Origin: an uncultured Acidobacteriota bacterium
GTDB taxonomy: Bacteria; Acidobacteriota; Thermoanaerobaculia; UBA5066; Gp7-AA6
Assembly: GCA_963738945.1 (NCBI GenBank)
Contig: CAVTYD010000003.1
Span: 601,385-665,384 of the forward strand
Direction: 5' to 3'
Length of the DNA: 64,000 nucleotides
The notes beneath the pieces are model-generated. The model saw only the letters and a program-made list of their open reading frames with translations, was not told where the DNA came from and made no database searches. The position numbers and the translations under genes are program-made. Shown here piece by piece: positions 1-8,273 of this stretch (position 1 is its first letter; every line of letters begins with the position of its first letter).

Positions 1-1425
1 CCGCCGCAGCGTCCGGTCGCCGGCGGACTCCTTCGCGAGATCGTCGAGGTACTCGAGCGCCCGGCGAACGATCAGCGCACGCGCGGGCGTCGAGCCGGGC
101 AGGTCGCGGATGGCGTCGTGGAACTCGAACAGGAAGGAATTCGCGAGGCGACGGACGTCGTCGAAACGGCGCTGGGCCCGGGCCTCGGCCGAGCGCGCTC
201 GCGCCGCCTCGCGCAGCGTCGCAACGACGCCGCCCGCGAGGGCGATCGCGACGAGAGCGGCCGCGGCGAATCCCACGCGATGCCGGCGGGCGAACTTTCC
301 CGCGCGATAGACGAACGTCCCCCGGCGTGCCGCGACGGGCTCGCCGGTGCGGCGGCGGCGCAGATCCTCGGCGAGCTCGCCCACCGAGGCGTACCGGCGC
401 TCCGGCTCCTTGCGCATTGCCTTGAGGACGATCGCATCGAGATCGCCCTCGAGCTCCCGCGACCGGGCCGCCGCGCTCGGCCTCTCGGGGTCGCGTTCGC
501 ACACCACCCTCAGCAGATCCGCCGGATCGGAACCGGTCACGTGGTAAGGCTTGCGTCCAGCCAAAAGCTCGTAGAGCACGACGCCGAGCGCGTAGATGTC
601 GCTCGAGGTCGTGATCCGCTCTCCCCGGATCTGCTCGGGGCTCGCGTAGTCGGGGGTCATCAGCCGGAAAAGCGTCCCGGTCTCGCCTCCGGCGATCGCG
701 GCGCCCTCGGGGCTCAGGAGCTTCGCGATGCCGAAGTCGAGCAGCTTCGGAGCTCCGTCGGCCCCGACCAGGATGTTGCCGGGCTTGAGGTCGCGGTGCA
801 CGACGAGGTTCTGGTGGGCGTACTGGACCGCCGCGCAGACCTCGCCGAAGAGGCGCAGGCGCTCGTCGACCGTGAGGCCGCGGCCGTCGCAGTACTCGAT
901 CAGCGGCTGGCCCTCGACGTACTCCATGACGAGGTAGGGCTCGCCGCGATCCGTCGCGCCGCCGTCGAGGAGGCGCGCGATGTTGGGATGCTCGAGGGAG
1001 GCCGCGATCTGGCGCTCGCTGCGAAATCGCTCGCGCGCGAAGTCGCTCGCCATGCCGGTCCGGATGAGCTTGATCGCCACCTTCTTCTCGAACTGGTCGT
1101 CGGCGCGCCGGGCAAGGTAGACCATCCCCATGCCGCCGTGGCCGAGCTCGGAGATCAGCTCGTAGGACCCGATGCGCTCCCCGGCGCGGCTCGGAGCCGG
1201 CGGATCCTCGAAGAGCGGCCCGATCTGCGCCGCCGCCGGAGTCTCGACGAACGTCCAGTCCGTATCGGCGGTCGCCGCGAGCGACTCGACCTCCCGGTAG
1301 AGCCCCTCGTCTCCCGCGCAGCGCCCGGTCAGAAACGCCGGACGTTCCGGCGCGGGGACGTCGAGCGCCTCGTCGAGAAGCCGCTTGACCTGCTGCCAGC
1401 GCTGGGGGGTCATCGTCGAGCTCAT
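1..1425 (-). CDS. Hanks-type Ser/Thr protein kinase (ECF-associated, PknT/PknS-like); 3' part runs off the window
   Basis: Not in the ORF track because there is no stop in the window. Manual minus-strand translation gives MSSTMTPQRWQQVKRL..., GHGGMGMVYL, HRDLKPGNILV, KLLDFGIAKLL, MTPDYASPEQ and DIYALGVVLYELL. Lies directly downstream of the ECF sigma gene. Confidence 0.93.
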   Translation of the reverse strand, partial: MSSTMTPQRWQQVKRLLDEALDVPAPERPAFLTGRCAGDEGLYREVESLAATADTDWTFVETPAAAQIGPLFEDPPAPSRAGERIGSYELISELGHGGMGMVYLARRADDQFEKKVAIKLIRTGMASDFARERFRSERQIAASLEHPNIARLLDGGATDRGEPYLVMEYVEGQPLIEYCDGRGLTVDERLRLFGEVCAAVQYAHQNLVVHRDLKPGNILVGADGAPKLLDFGIAKLLSPEGAAIAGGETGTLFRLMTPDYASPEQIRGERITTSSDIYALGVVLYELLAGRKPYHVTGSDPADLLRVVCERDPERPSAAARSRELEGDLDAIVLKAMRKEPERRYASVGELAEDLRRRRTGEPVAARRGTFVYRAGKFARRHRVGFAAAALVAIALAGGVVATLREAARARSAEARAQRRFDDVRRLANSFLFEFHDAIRDLPGSTPARALIVRRALEYLDDLAKESAGDRTLRR

Positions 1426-1444
1426 CGGCCGGGCCGCCTTCGTC

Positions 1445-2005
1445 CTACGCGCCGATCTCGCGGCGCAGCCACGCCTTCGCGGTCCGCCAGTCCCGCTTGA
1501 CCGTGGCCTCCGAGATCCCGGCGACCTCCGCGGTCTCCTCCACGGTCAGACCCGCAAAGAAGCGCAGCTCGACGACCTTCGCCTGCTGCGGGTCGAGCGC
1601 CTCGAGGTTCGAGAGCGCCGCATCCAGGGCGAGCAGCTCGGGGGCGCGGTCGGCGGCATCCGAGACGTCCGTGGCGATCCTCCACGCCGCCGCGTCGCGC
1701 TTGGCGGCCTGGCGCTTGCGGGCATGATCCACGAGGATGCGCCGCATCATCTGGGCCGCGATGCCGAAGAAGTGGGCCCGATTCTGCCAGACGACGTCGC
1801 GCTGACGGGTCAGCCGCAGGTACGCCTCGTGGACGAGCGCGGTCGGCTGCAGGGTATGGTCCGGCCGCTCCTGCTTCAGATAGGAGGCCGCCAGACGACG
1901 CAGCTCTCCGTAGACCAGGGGCAGCAGCCGGTCGAGAGCCTTCCGGTCTCCCTCCCTCCACTCCAGGAGCAGCGCGGTGACGTCGGGTTCGGAGGGAGGC
2001 GCCAT
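1445..2005 (-). CDS. ECF sigma-70 factor, TIGR02999/ECF43-like (kinase-activated type)
   Basis: Motifs DVTALL...LLPLVYGELRRLA, HTLQPTALVHEAYLRL, WQNRAHFFGIAAQMMRRILVDHAR and region 4 VVELRFFAGLT..E.A...SEATVKRDW. Confidence 0.93.
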   Translation of the reverse strand: MAPPSEPDVTALLLEWREGDRKALDRLLPLVYGELRRLAASYLKQERPDHTLQPTALVHEAYLRLTRQRDVVWQNRAHFFGIAAQMMRRILVDHARKRQAAKRDAAAWRIATDVSDAADRAPELLALDAALSNLEALDPQQAKVVELRFFAGLTVEETAEVAGISEATVKRDWRTAKAWLRREIGA

Positions 2006-2127
2006 GGGGTGTCCCCTCGGGTGGTCCTTTTGGGCCGGAATTAGACCACAGAGGGCCCTCGAAATCCGGTGTGAGCCCCTTTTTCCACTCCCCGCGCGTG
2101 TTCGAGAGCAGGACCAGGGAGGTCTAA

Positions 2128-4506
2128 ATGAGCATCGGCGAACGGGATCACGCGGGTTCCCCGGGCGGAGTCCCGCGGAGGCGGACGGTCATGCGAATCG
2201 GGGCTTTCGTCCTCCTGCTGGCCGTCGGCGCCTCGCGGGCACTCGTCGGGGCGACCCTCACCGTCACGACGACGAGCGACAGCGGAGCGGGGTCGCTGCG
2301 GCAGGCGATCCTCGACGCCAATAGCGGCGCGGGCAGCGACACGATCGAGTTCAACATCCCGGGCAGCGGGCCGTACGTCATCACGCCGCTCCCGCCGGGC
2401 CTTCCCGCGATGCTCGGACCGACGATCGTGGACGGGACGACGCAGCCCGGCTACGCCGGAACGCCGATCATCGAGATCGCCAACTTCGCCGGATCCGGCC
2501 TGAAGCTTCAGGGAGGCTCGAGCACGATTCGGGGGATTCTCGTGCGCGGCATGAACACCGGCATCGCGGTCGAGAGCAGCAACAACATCGTCGAGGCCTG
2601 CTACGTCGGGACGGACCTCACGGGGACCGTCGTGGCCGCGAATGGAACCGGCATCGAAGTCCAGGCCGGCGCCAACGGCAACACGATCGGCGGCGCCACC
2701 GCCGGCGCGGGCAACCTCATCAGCGGCAACACGACCGGGATCGGGCTCGTCAACGATTCCGACAACGTCGTCATCGGCAACCTCATCGGCACGACCGCCG
2801 ACGGAGCGGCCGCGCTCGGCAACGCCGAGGGCATCCTGGCGACGCTCACGACCAACCTGATCATCGGCGGATCGGGCGCCGGCGAGGGCAACGTGATCGC
2901 CGGCAGCTCCGGCGAGGGGATCCACCTCGCAACCGGGAGCGGCGCCCGGATCCAGGGCAATCGCATCGGAACGAACGCGGCCGGCTCCGAGGCACTGGGA
3001 AACGACGTGGGCATCGAAGCGGTGAACCACCCCGGCCTCGTCCTGGGCGGGAGCTTCATCGCGGGAGAAGGAAATCTGATCTCCGGAAACACCCACCAGG
3101 CCGTATTGATCGCGAGCGTCGGCGCGGTCGTGAAGGGCAACACGATCGGCCTGGACGCCACGGGCCAGCAGCTCCTCCGCAATGGGACCGGCATCGAGCT
3201 CGACGCCAGCGCGACCGACTGCGTCATCGGCAGCATCACGAACGGCGAAGGCAACGCGATCGCCTGGAACGACGTCGGGGTCTACAACTACGGGATGCGC
3301 AATGCGATCCGCGGCAACCCGATCTTCTTCAACGGCTCGATCGGGATCGACAACGACCCCGCCGGCGTGACCCTGAACGACCCCCTGGACGCGGATACGG
3401 GCGCGAACGAGCTGCAGAACTTTCCGTTCATCTCGTCGGTCGACTATGGATCCACGTCGCTGACGGTGCACGGCATCCTCAAGTCCACTCCCAACGTGAC
3501 CTTCGACCTCGACTTCTACGAGAGCCCCTCCTGCACGCCGCATCCGCGGGATCTGCTCCAGAGCGCGTACTACATCGGCTCCGCGCAGGTCACCACGGAC
3601 GGCTCCGGTGACGCCCTCTTCGACACCCTTCTGAGCGACCCCAACGCCGCAGGCATGCCGCCCATCTCCGTCACGGCGACGGATCCTTCCGGGAACACGT
3701 CCGAGTTCTCGCAAAACGTGATCTACGCCTCCTCTCCGCGTTCGGGGCCGCCCGCCGGAGGCGTGACGGTGACGCTGACCGGGACGCACTTCGTCGCGGG
3801 GGCGACGGTGACGTTCGGCGGAGTGGCGGCGTCGAACGTCACGTTCACGAACGAGACCAGCATGACGGCCGACGCGCCCGCCCTCGCGGCGGCGACCGTC
3901 AACGACATCCAGGTCACGAACACCGATGGCACGAGCGGCCTCCTGAAGAAGGCGTGGATCGTCGATTTCCTCGACGTCCCGGGCGCCCAGCAGTTCTATA
4001 CGTGGGTCACGACGCTCGTCTCGAATGCGATCACCGTCGGCATCGGCGGCGGCGACTACGGGGTGCTGGACCCCACGCTGCGGCAGCAGATGGCGGTCTT
4101 CCTGCTGAAGGGCCGCCACGGCCTCTGCTACACGCCGCCGCCGTGCACGGGCGCCTTCGGCGACGTGGCGTGTCCGTCGACCTTCGCGAACTGGATCGAG
4201 GCTCTCGCGGCCGAGGGCATCACCGGCGGCTGCGGCAGCGGGAACTACTGCCCGACGAATCCGGTCCGGCGCGACCAGATGGCCGTGTTCCTGCTCAAGG
4301 CCGAGCACGGTCCGGCGTACGTTCCGCCGGTGTGCCACGGTGCTTTCGGCGACGTGCCATGCCCTTCGCAGTTCGCCAACTGGATCGAGCAGCTGAGCGC
4401 CGAGGGCATCACCGGCGGCTGCGGCGGCGGCAACTACTGCCCGGGCAACCCGAACACGCGCGGGCAGATGGCGGTGTTCCTGGTGAAGACGTTCGGGCTG
4501 CAGTAA
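2128..4506 (+). CDS. Secreted beta-helix repeat protein with IPT/TIG domain and three C-terminal Cys-containing SLH-like repeats
   Basis: Signal peptide (alternative start ATG 2191, also preceded by GGAGG); SGAGSLRQAILDAN; repeated GNLISGN/GNxIG; IPT (SPRSGPPAGGVTVTLTGTHF); repeats of the form F.DV.C...FANWIE.L.AEGITGGCG.GNYCP...R.QMAVFL. Confidence 0.85.
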   Translation: MSIGERDHAGSPGGVPRRRTVMRIGAFVLLLAVGASRALVGATLTVTTTSDSGAGSLRQAILDANSGAGSDTIEFNIPGSGPYVITPLPPGLPAMLGPTIVDGTTQPGYAGTPIIEIANFAGSGLKLQGGSSTIRGILVRGMNTGIAVESSNNIVEACYVGTDLTGTVVAANGTGIEVQAGANGNTIGGATAGAGNLISGNTTGIGLVNDSDNVVIGNLIGTTADGAAALGNAEGILATLTTNLIIGGSGAGEGNVIAGSSGEGIHLATGSGARIQGNRIGTNAAGSEALGNDVGIEAVNHPGLVLGGSFIAGEGNLISGNTHQAVLIASVGAVVKGNTIGLDATGQQLLRNGTGIELDASATDCVIGSITNGEGNAIAWNDVGVYNYGMRNAIRGNPIFFNGSIGIDNDPAGVTLNDPLDADTGANELQNFPFISSVDYGSTSLTVHGILKSTPNVTFDLDFYESPSCTPHPRDLLQSAYYIGSAQVTTDGSGDALFDTLLSDPNAAGMPPISVTATDPSGNTSEFSQNVIYASSPRSGPPAGGVTVTLTGTHFVAGATVTFGGVAASNVTFTNETSMTADAPALAAATVNDIQVTNTDGTSGLLKKAWIVDFLDVPGAQQFYTWVTTLVSNAITVGIGGGDYGVLDPTLRQQMAVFLLKGRHGLCYTPPPCTGAFGDVACPSTFANWIEALAAEGITGGCGSGNYCPTNPVRRDQMAVFLLKAEHGPAYVPPVCHGAFGDVPCPSQFANWIEQLSAEGITGGCGGGNYCPGNPNTRGQMAVFLVKTFGLQ

Positions 4507-4517
4507 ACGAGCCCCCT

Positions 4518-4547
4518 GGAGAGGAGGCGCCGGCCTGCCTCCTCTCC
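4518..4547. terminator. Hairpin between convergent genes (possible terminator)
   Basis: GGAGAGGAGGC (4518-4528) pairs with GCCTCCTCTCC (4537-4547); no clear U-tract. Confidence 0.5.
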
Positions 4548-4581
4548 GGGCCTCCAACACGCGCCGGGCGCGCGGCTCGGA

Positions 4582-6027
4582 TCAGCTGGCTTCGAGCGCC
4601 TGAGGCGGCGCGACGGGCGACGTCCGCTTCGCCTCTTCGTGCTCCTTCAGGTACGCCTCGGCTTTCATCATGCGCTGCGTCCGCAGGAGGACGCGGGTCA
4701 GATACGGGATCTGCGACGGCTTGATCTGCTTCATCCAGTCGAGCCAGCTCTTCTCGCCCGCCGTGTTGAGGATCGAGCGCCGCCAGGTCTCCGCATAGAG
4801 CTCGAAGAAGCGCCGGGCGCCGAGGCGCGGCTCCCACAGCACGTGGTGCATGTCGTACTTGAACCAGGGCTGACCCTCGAGGACCGGCGCGAGCTTCTGG
4901 TAGAGCTCGGTGCCGGGCAGCGGGGTGAGGATCGTGTAGCCGGCGCGCTGGAAGCCATGCGTGGCCACGAAGTCCCAGAGCTCGCGAAAATGCGCCTCGT
5001 CCCAGTCGGGATCGACGAGGAAGTTGCCCGTCACGCCGTATCCGAGGGAACGCGCGATCCGCGCGGCCTCGATCGAGGCGGCCACGCCGGCGTCCTTCGT
5101 GACGCTCGCCAGCCCTGCGTCGGAGGCCGCCTCGAGACCGAAGAAGATGTCGAAGTCCTTCGCGATCGGCCGCCAGGCCTCGAGCAGATCCGCGTGGCGG
5201 ACGACGAGATCCGTGCGCGTCTGGACGAGCAGCCACCGCTTCCGGACTCCGCGCCGGACGAGCGCCTCGGCGAGCGCGCGGCTCCTCTCCGGATGGTTCC
5301 AGAAGAGATCGTCGGCGATGAAGACGGCGTCGCCCGCGGCGGCCAGATCGTCGACGACGGCACCGATGGAGCGCTCGCGGAACGACCGGCCGTAGAGCTG
5401 CCATACGGAGCAGAAGCTGCAGCGGAACGGGCAGCCGCGGGCCGTCTCCACGAGCCAGACGGGCTTGAAGAGGAGGCAGTGGTAGCGCGAGCGATACCGC
5501 TCCACCAGGTCGCGCGCGGGCGCCGGGACCTCGTCGAGACCCGTGCGCTCCTCGAGAGGCCGTGTCGCCGCCCAGCCGTCGCGCCCGTTCACGAGCAGAG
5601 CGGGAACCTCGCTCGGCGGCCGGCCGGCGGCGAGGGCATCCGCCAGCGCCGGCACGACCTCTTCCCCGTCGTCGACACAGATCGCGTCGATCTCCGGCAC
5701 CTGGAGGGGCCCCGGGAACGCGGCGGCGGCATGGCCACCGGCGAGGATGAAGGCCTCGGGCCACGCGCGCCTGACCCTCCGCGCCGTCTCGATTACGCGG
5801 TCGTATTCGAGCGCATGCATGCAGGAGATGCCGACCAGGCGCGGACGCGTCCGCCGCGTCCACGCCGAGAGGCTTCCACCGAATCGCAGATCGAGGAGGC
5901 TCGGCTCGTGTCCGCGCGCGCGCAGCGCCGCGCCCACGTATTCCAGGCCGAGCGGCTCGACTCGGAAGAACGGTCCCAGCCCGAAGCGCTCGTTACCCGG
6001 GTCGGGCCGGATCAGCAGGACGTTCAT
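4582..6027 (-). CDS. Cobalamin-binding (class B) radical SAM protein, HpnR-like methylase
   Basis: N-terminal B12-binding domain (EPLGLEYVGAAL...GGHAA), ETARGCPFRCSFC, FIADD, FFGLEA, LVDPDWD, TPLPGTE. Start may be GTG 6036. Confidence 0.88.
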   Translation of the reverse strand: MNVLLIRPDPGNERFGLGPFFRVEPLGLEYVGAALRARGHEPSLLDLRFGGSLSAWTRRTRPRLVGISCMHALEYDRVIETARRVRRAWPEAFILAGGHAAAAFPGPLQVPEIDAICVDDGEEVVPALADALAAGRPPSEVPALLVNGRDGWAATRPLEERTGLDEVPAPARDLVERYRSRYHCLLFKPVWLVETARGCPFRCSFCSVWQLYGRSFRERSIGAVVDDLAAAGDAVFIADDLFWNHPERSRALAEALVRRGVRKRWLLVQTRTDLVVRHADLLEAWRPIAKDFDIFFGLEAASDAGLASVTKDAGVAASIEAARIARSLGYGVTGNFLVDPDWDEAHFRELWDFVATHGFQRAGYTILTPLPGTELYQKLAPVLEGQPWFKYDMHHVLWEPRLGARRFFELYAETWRRSILNTAGEKSWLDWMKQIKPSQIPYLTRVLLRTQRMMKAEAYLKEHEEAKRTSPVAPPQALEAS

Positions 6028-6062
6028 CGTTTGCACGGCGAATTGTAGACTTGGTTCCCGAA

Positions 6063-7013
6063 ATGGGCGAAATCGAGGCGGTCCGCGTTCCGTCGGAAGG
6101 CGCTCCCGCCCCGCGCGGCCGCAAGAAGTGGGTCAGCCACGGCCTCTCGAACCGCATCGTTTACGGCGGCCTGCACTACGGCGCGCGCTGGCTGCCGATG
6201 GCGGCGCTGAACACCATCAACGTCGTGGGCAACGGCCTCGCGGTGACCTTCCTGAAGCGGACCAAGGCCGGAATGCGCGACAACTTCCGGAGCGCCCTCG
6301 GCGTCGGCGAGGCCAAAGCCCGCGAGCTCGCGCGCAGGCAGTTCTTCGAGTACGGCCGCCACACGATCGACGTCTGGCGGCTGCGCAGCGAGGCCTTCGT
6401 CCCCCGGATCACGACCTTCGACGAGGACGCCCGCGTCCTCGAGCGGAGCCGGCGAGGGGGACGGGGCTTTCTCCTCGTCACCGGCCACGTCGGAAACTGG
6501 GAAATGGGAGCGGTGACGCTTCGGCAGCATGATCTCGTTCCGGCCGTCGTCGGTCAGGCGGAGCTGGATCCGAACGTGCAAGACATGCGCCAGCAGCTTC
6601 GCGAGCGCCTCGGCGTCGAGTCGATCGACATCGGAACGTCGATGGCGACGGCGTTCAAGGTCCGGTCCGCGGTGGACCGGGGCCGCGCGGTCGCGCTCCT
6701 CGTGGATCGCGCTTACCCGGAAGACCGCGTCATCGTCCCGTTCTTCGGCCGGCCCACGCCCTTCCTGCGCTCGCCGGCGCTGCTCGCGCGGTTCTGCGGC
6801 TGCGAGATCCTCCCGGGGTTTTTCCTGCGCAACGCCGACGGCTCCTACTTCAACGTCTGGGGCGAGCCGCTCCGCGCGGACACGGGCCGCTCCGCCGACG
6901 AGGACGCGGTCCGGATCATGACGCGGATCGCGTCGGACCTCGAGGGCGTCGTCCGCCGCTTCCCGACGCAGTGGTTCAACTTCTACCGGTTCTGGGACGG
7001 GCTGCGGTCCTGA
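6063..7013 (+). CDS. Lysophospholipid/lipid A-type (LpxL/PatA family) acyltransferase
   Basis: LLVTGHVGNWEMG (HxxxWE) motif, ALLVDR, VPFFGRP, PTQWFNF..FW. Confidence 0.88.
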   Translation: MGEIEAVRVPSEGAPAPRGRKKWVSHGLSNRIVYGGLHYGARWLPMAALNTINVVGNGLAVTFLKRTKAGMRDNFRSALGVGEAKARELARRQFFEYGRHTIDVWRLRSEAFVPRITTFDEDARVLERSRRGGRGFLLVTGHVGNWEMGAVTLRQHDLVPAVVGQAELDPNVQDMRQQLRERLGVESIDIGTSMATAFKVRSAVDRGRAVALLVDRAYPEDRVIVPFFGRPTPFLRSPALLARFCGCEILPGFFLRNADGSYFNVWGEPLRADTGRSADEDAVRIMTRIASDLEGVVRRFPTQWFNFYRFWDGLRS

Positions 7014-8266
7014 ACCGGCGCCGGCCGCTCCCACTTGCCGTACACGTAGTTCCCGCAGCAGCGCGCGCAGATCGGCAGCGGCTCCTTCGCGAGCTTCGCG
7101 CGAAAGCGCCCGGCCTTCTCGCCGGTCCAGATCTCGCGAAACGAGCTCCGGCGCACATTGCCGATGAAGTAGTCGGGAAAGTCTCCGCAGAACGTGACTT
7201 CGCCGTCGGGCTCGACCTGGGCGAAGTACCACGCCACGGGACAGAGGTTGTGGCCGAAGGTCCGGCCGAAATCGGAGAAATACTCGGGGACTTTCTCCGC
7301 GGGCACGTCGGGCACGAACGACGTCCAGGGCCGCCCGAGAGTGGAGTCGACGAACCGCCGGCGCTTGAGCCCCTTCAGGAGCCGGACGAGCTCGGCCATC
7401 TGGCGGCCTCGCGTCGCCACGAGCGACCCGCCGTCGAAGTCGAACCCCTTCCACGAGGTCGCGGCGATTCCAAACTCCTCCCGCATCACGCGCTCGTAGT
7501 CCGCGCCGACGTCGGCCGGGACGAACCAGCGCAGCCCGACGTTGATCGTGTCGAGCGGCAGCTCGCGGAGAGCCTCGATGGCCGGAGCGATCGCGTCGAG
7601 GTTCAACTCCGTCACCGGCAGGATCGCCATCTGAAACGGCACGGCCCGCTTCAGCTTCTTCTGCCAGTGAGCGACCGCCCGGACTCCCGCCGCCGCCTTC
7701 TCGTAGCTGTCGGAGCGGCCGCGAATCCGGTCGTGCACGTCGGGAGGCCCGTCGATCGAGACGGCGATCGAGTCGATGCCGGCCTCGACGAGCTCGCGCG
7801 CGAGCGGCTCGAGGCGGCCGCCGTTGGTGATGACCGTGCACGTCAGGCCCCGCGCCTTGACCTCGCGGATGAGCGGGAGGATGTCGGGATAGAGGAAGGG
7901 CTCGCCGCCGAAGAGGCTGATGATCGGATCGGACGGTGCGATCTCGTCGAGGAGCCTCACGTAGTCCGCGAGCGCGAGCTGACGTTTCGCGCCGATCAGC
8001 TCCTGGATGCGAGCCCGCTCGAGCGCCCCGTCGCTCGCGTCGGCGCCGGACTGCGTTCGAAAGATCCCGGTGTCGCCCCACTGGCCGCACATCTTGCAGC
8101 GCAGGTTGCACAGGTTCGTCACCCGCAACTGGACGAAGGTCGGCATCGGCAGGTTGTCGGGGCTCGGAGCGGCGAGGTGTTCCATCACCGCCCTGCGCCC
8201 CCGCTTCATGCGGCCGAGGTGCCGGCGGGCGAACCCGGCGAGGCGCAGCCCGCGGCGAAAGCTCAT
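6983..8266 (-). CDS. Radical SAM protein with Twitch/SPASM domain
   Basis: TNLCNLRCKMC, FGGEPFL, ITNG, SIDG...HD.IRG; C-terminal CPVAW...DGEVTFC...IGNV...EIW...CARCC. Start taken at ATG 8266, 7 nt after the upstream stop. Confidence 0.9.
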   Translation of the reverse strand: MSFRRGLRLAGFARRHLGRMKRGRRAVMEHLAAPSPDNLPMPTFVQLRVTNLCNLRCKMCGQWGDTGIFRTQSGADASDGALERARIQELIGAKRQLALADYVRLLDEIAPSDPIISLFGGEPFLYPDILPLIREVKARGLTCTVITNGGRLEPLARELVEAGIDSIAVSIDGPPDVHDRIRGRSDSYEKAAAGVRAVAHWQKKLKRAVPFQMAILPVTELNLDAIAPAIEALRELPLDTINVGLRWFVPADVGADYERVMREEFGIAATSWKGFDFDGGSLVATRGRQMAELVRLLKGLKRRRFVDSTLGRPWTSFVPDVPAEKVPEYFSDFGRTFGHNLCPVAWYFAQVEPDGEVTFCGDFPDYFIGNVRRSSFREIWTGEKAGRFRAKLAKEPLPICARCCGNYVYGKWERPAPVQDRSPSQNR

Positions 8267-8273
8267 GGCCCCG

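Noticed and set aside
118-1500. 460-aa plus-strand ORF, and similar long ORFs such as 2041-4560(-), 11745-14462(+), 29074-32619(-), 32117-34996(-) and 39454-42234(-)
   Set aside because: Antisense shadows of real genes, caused by GC-rich codon bias; they have no motifs and Arg/Gly/Ala-rich composition.
6983-8266. RiPP maturase cluster
   Set aside because: No RRE/PqqD domain, precursor peptide or transporter is visible nearby.
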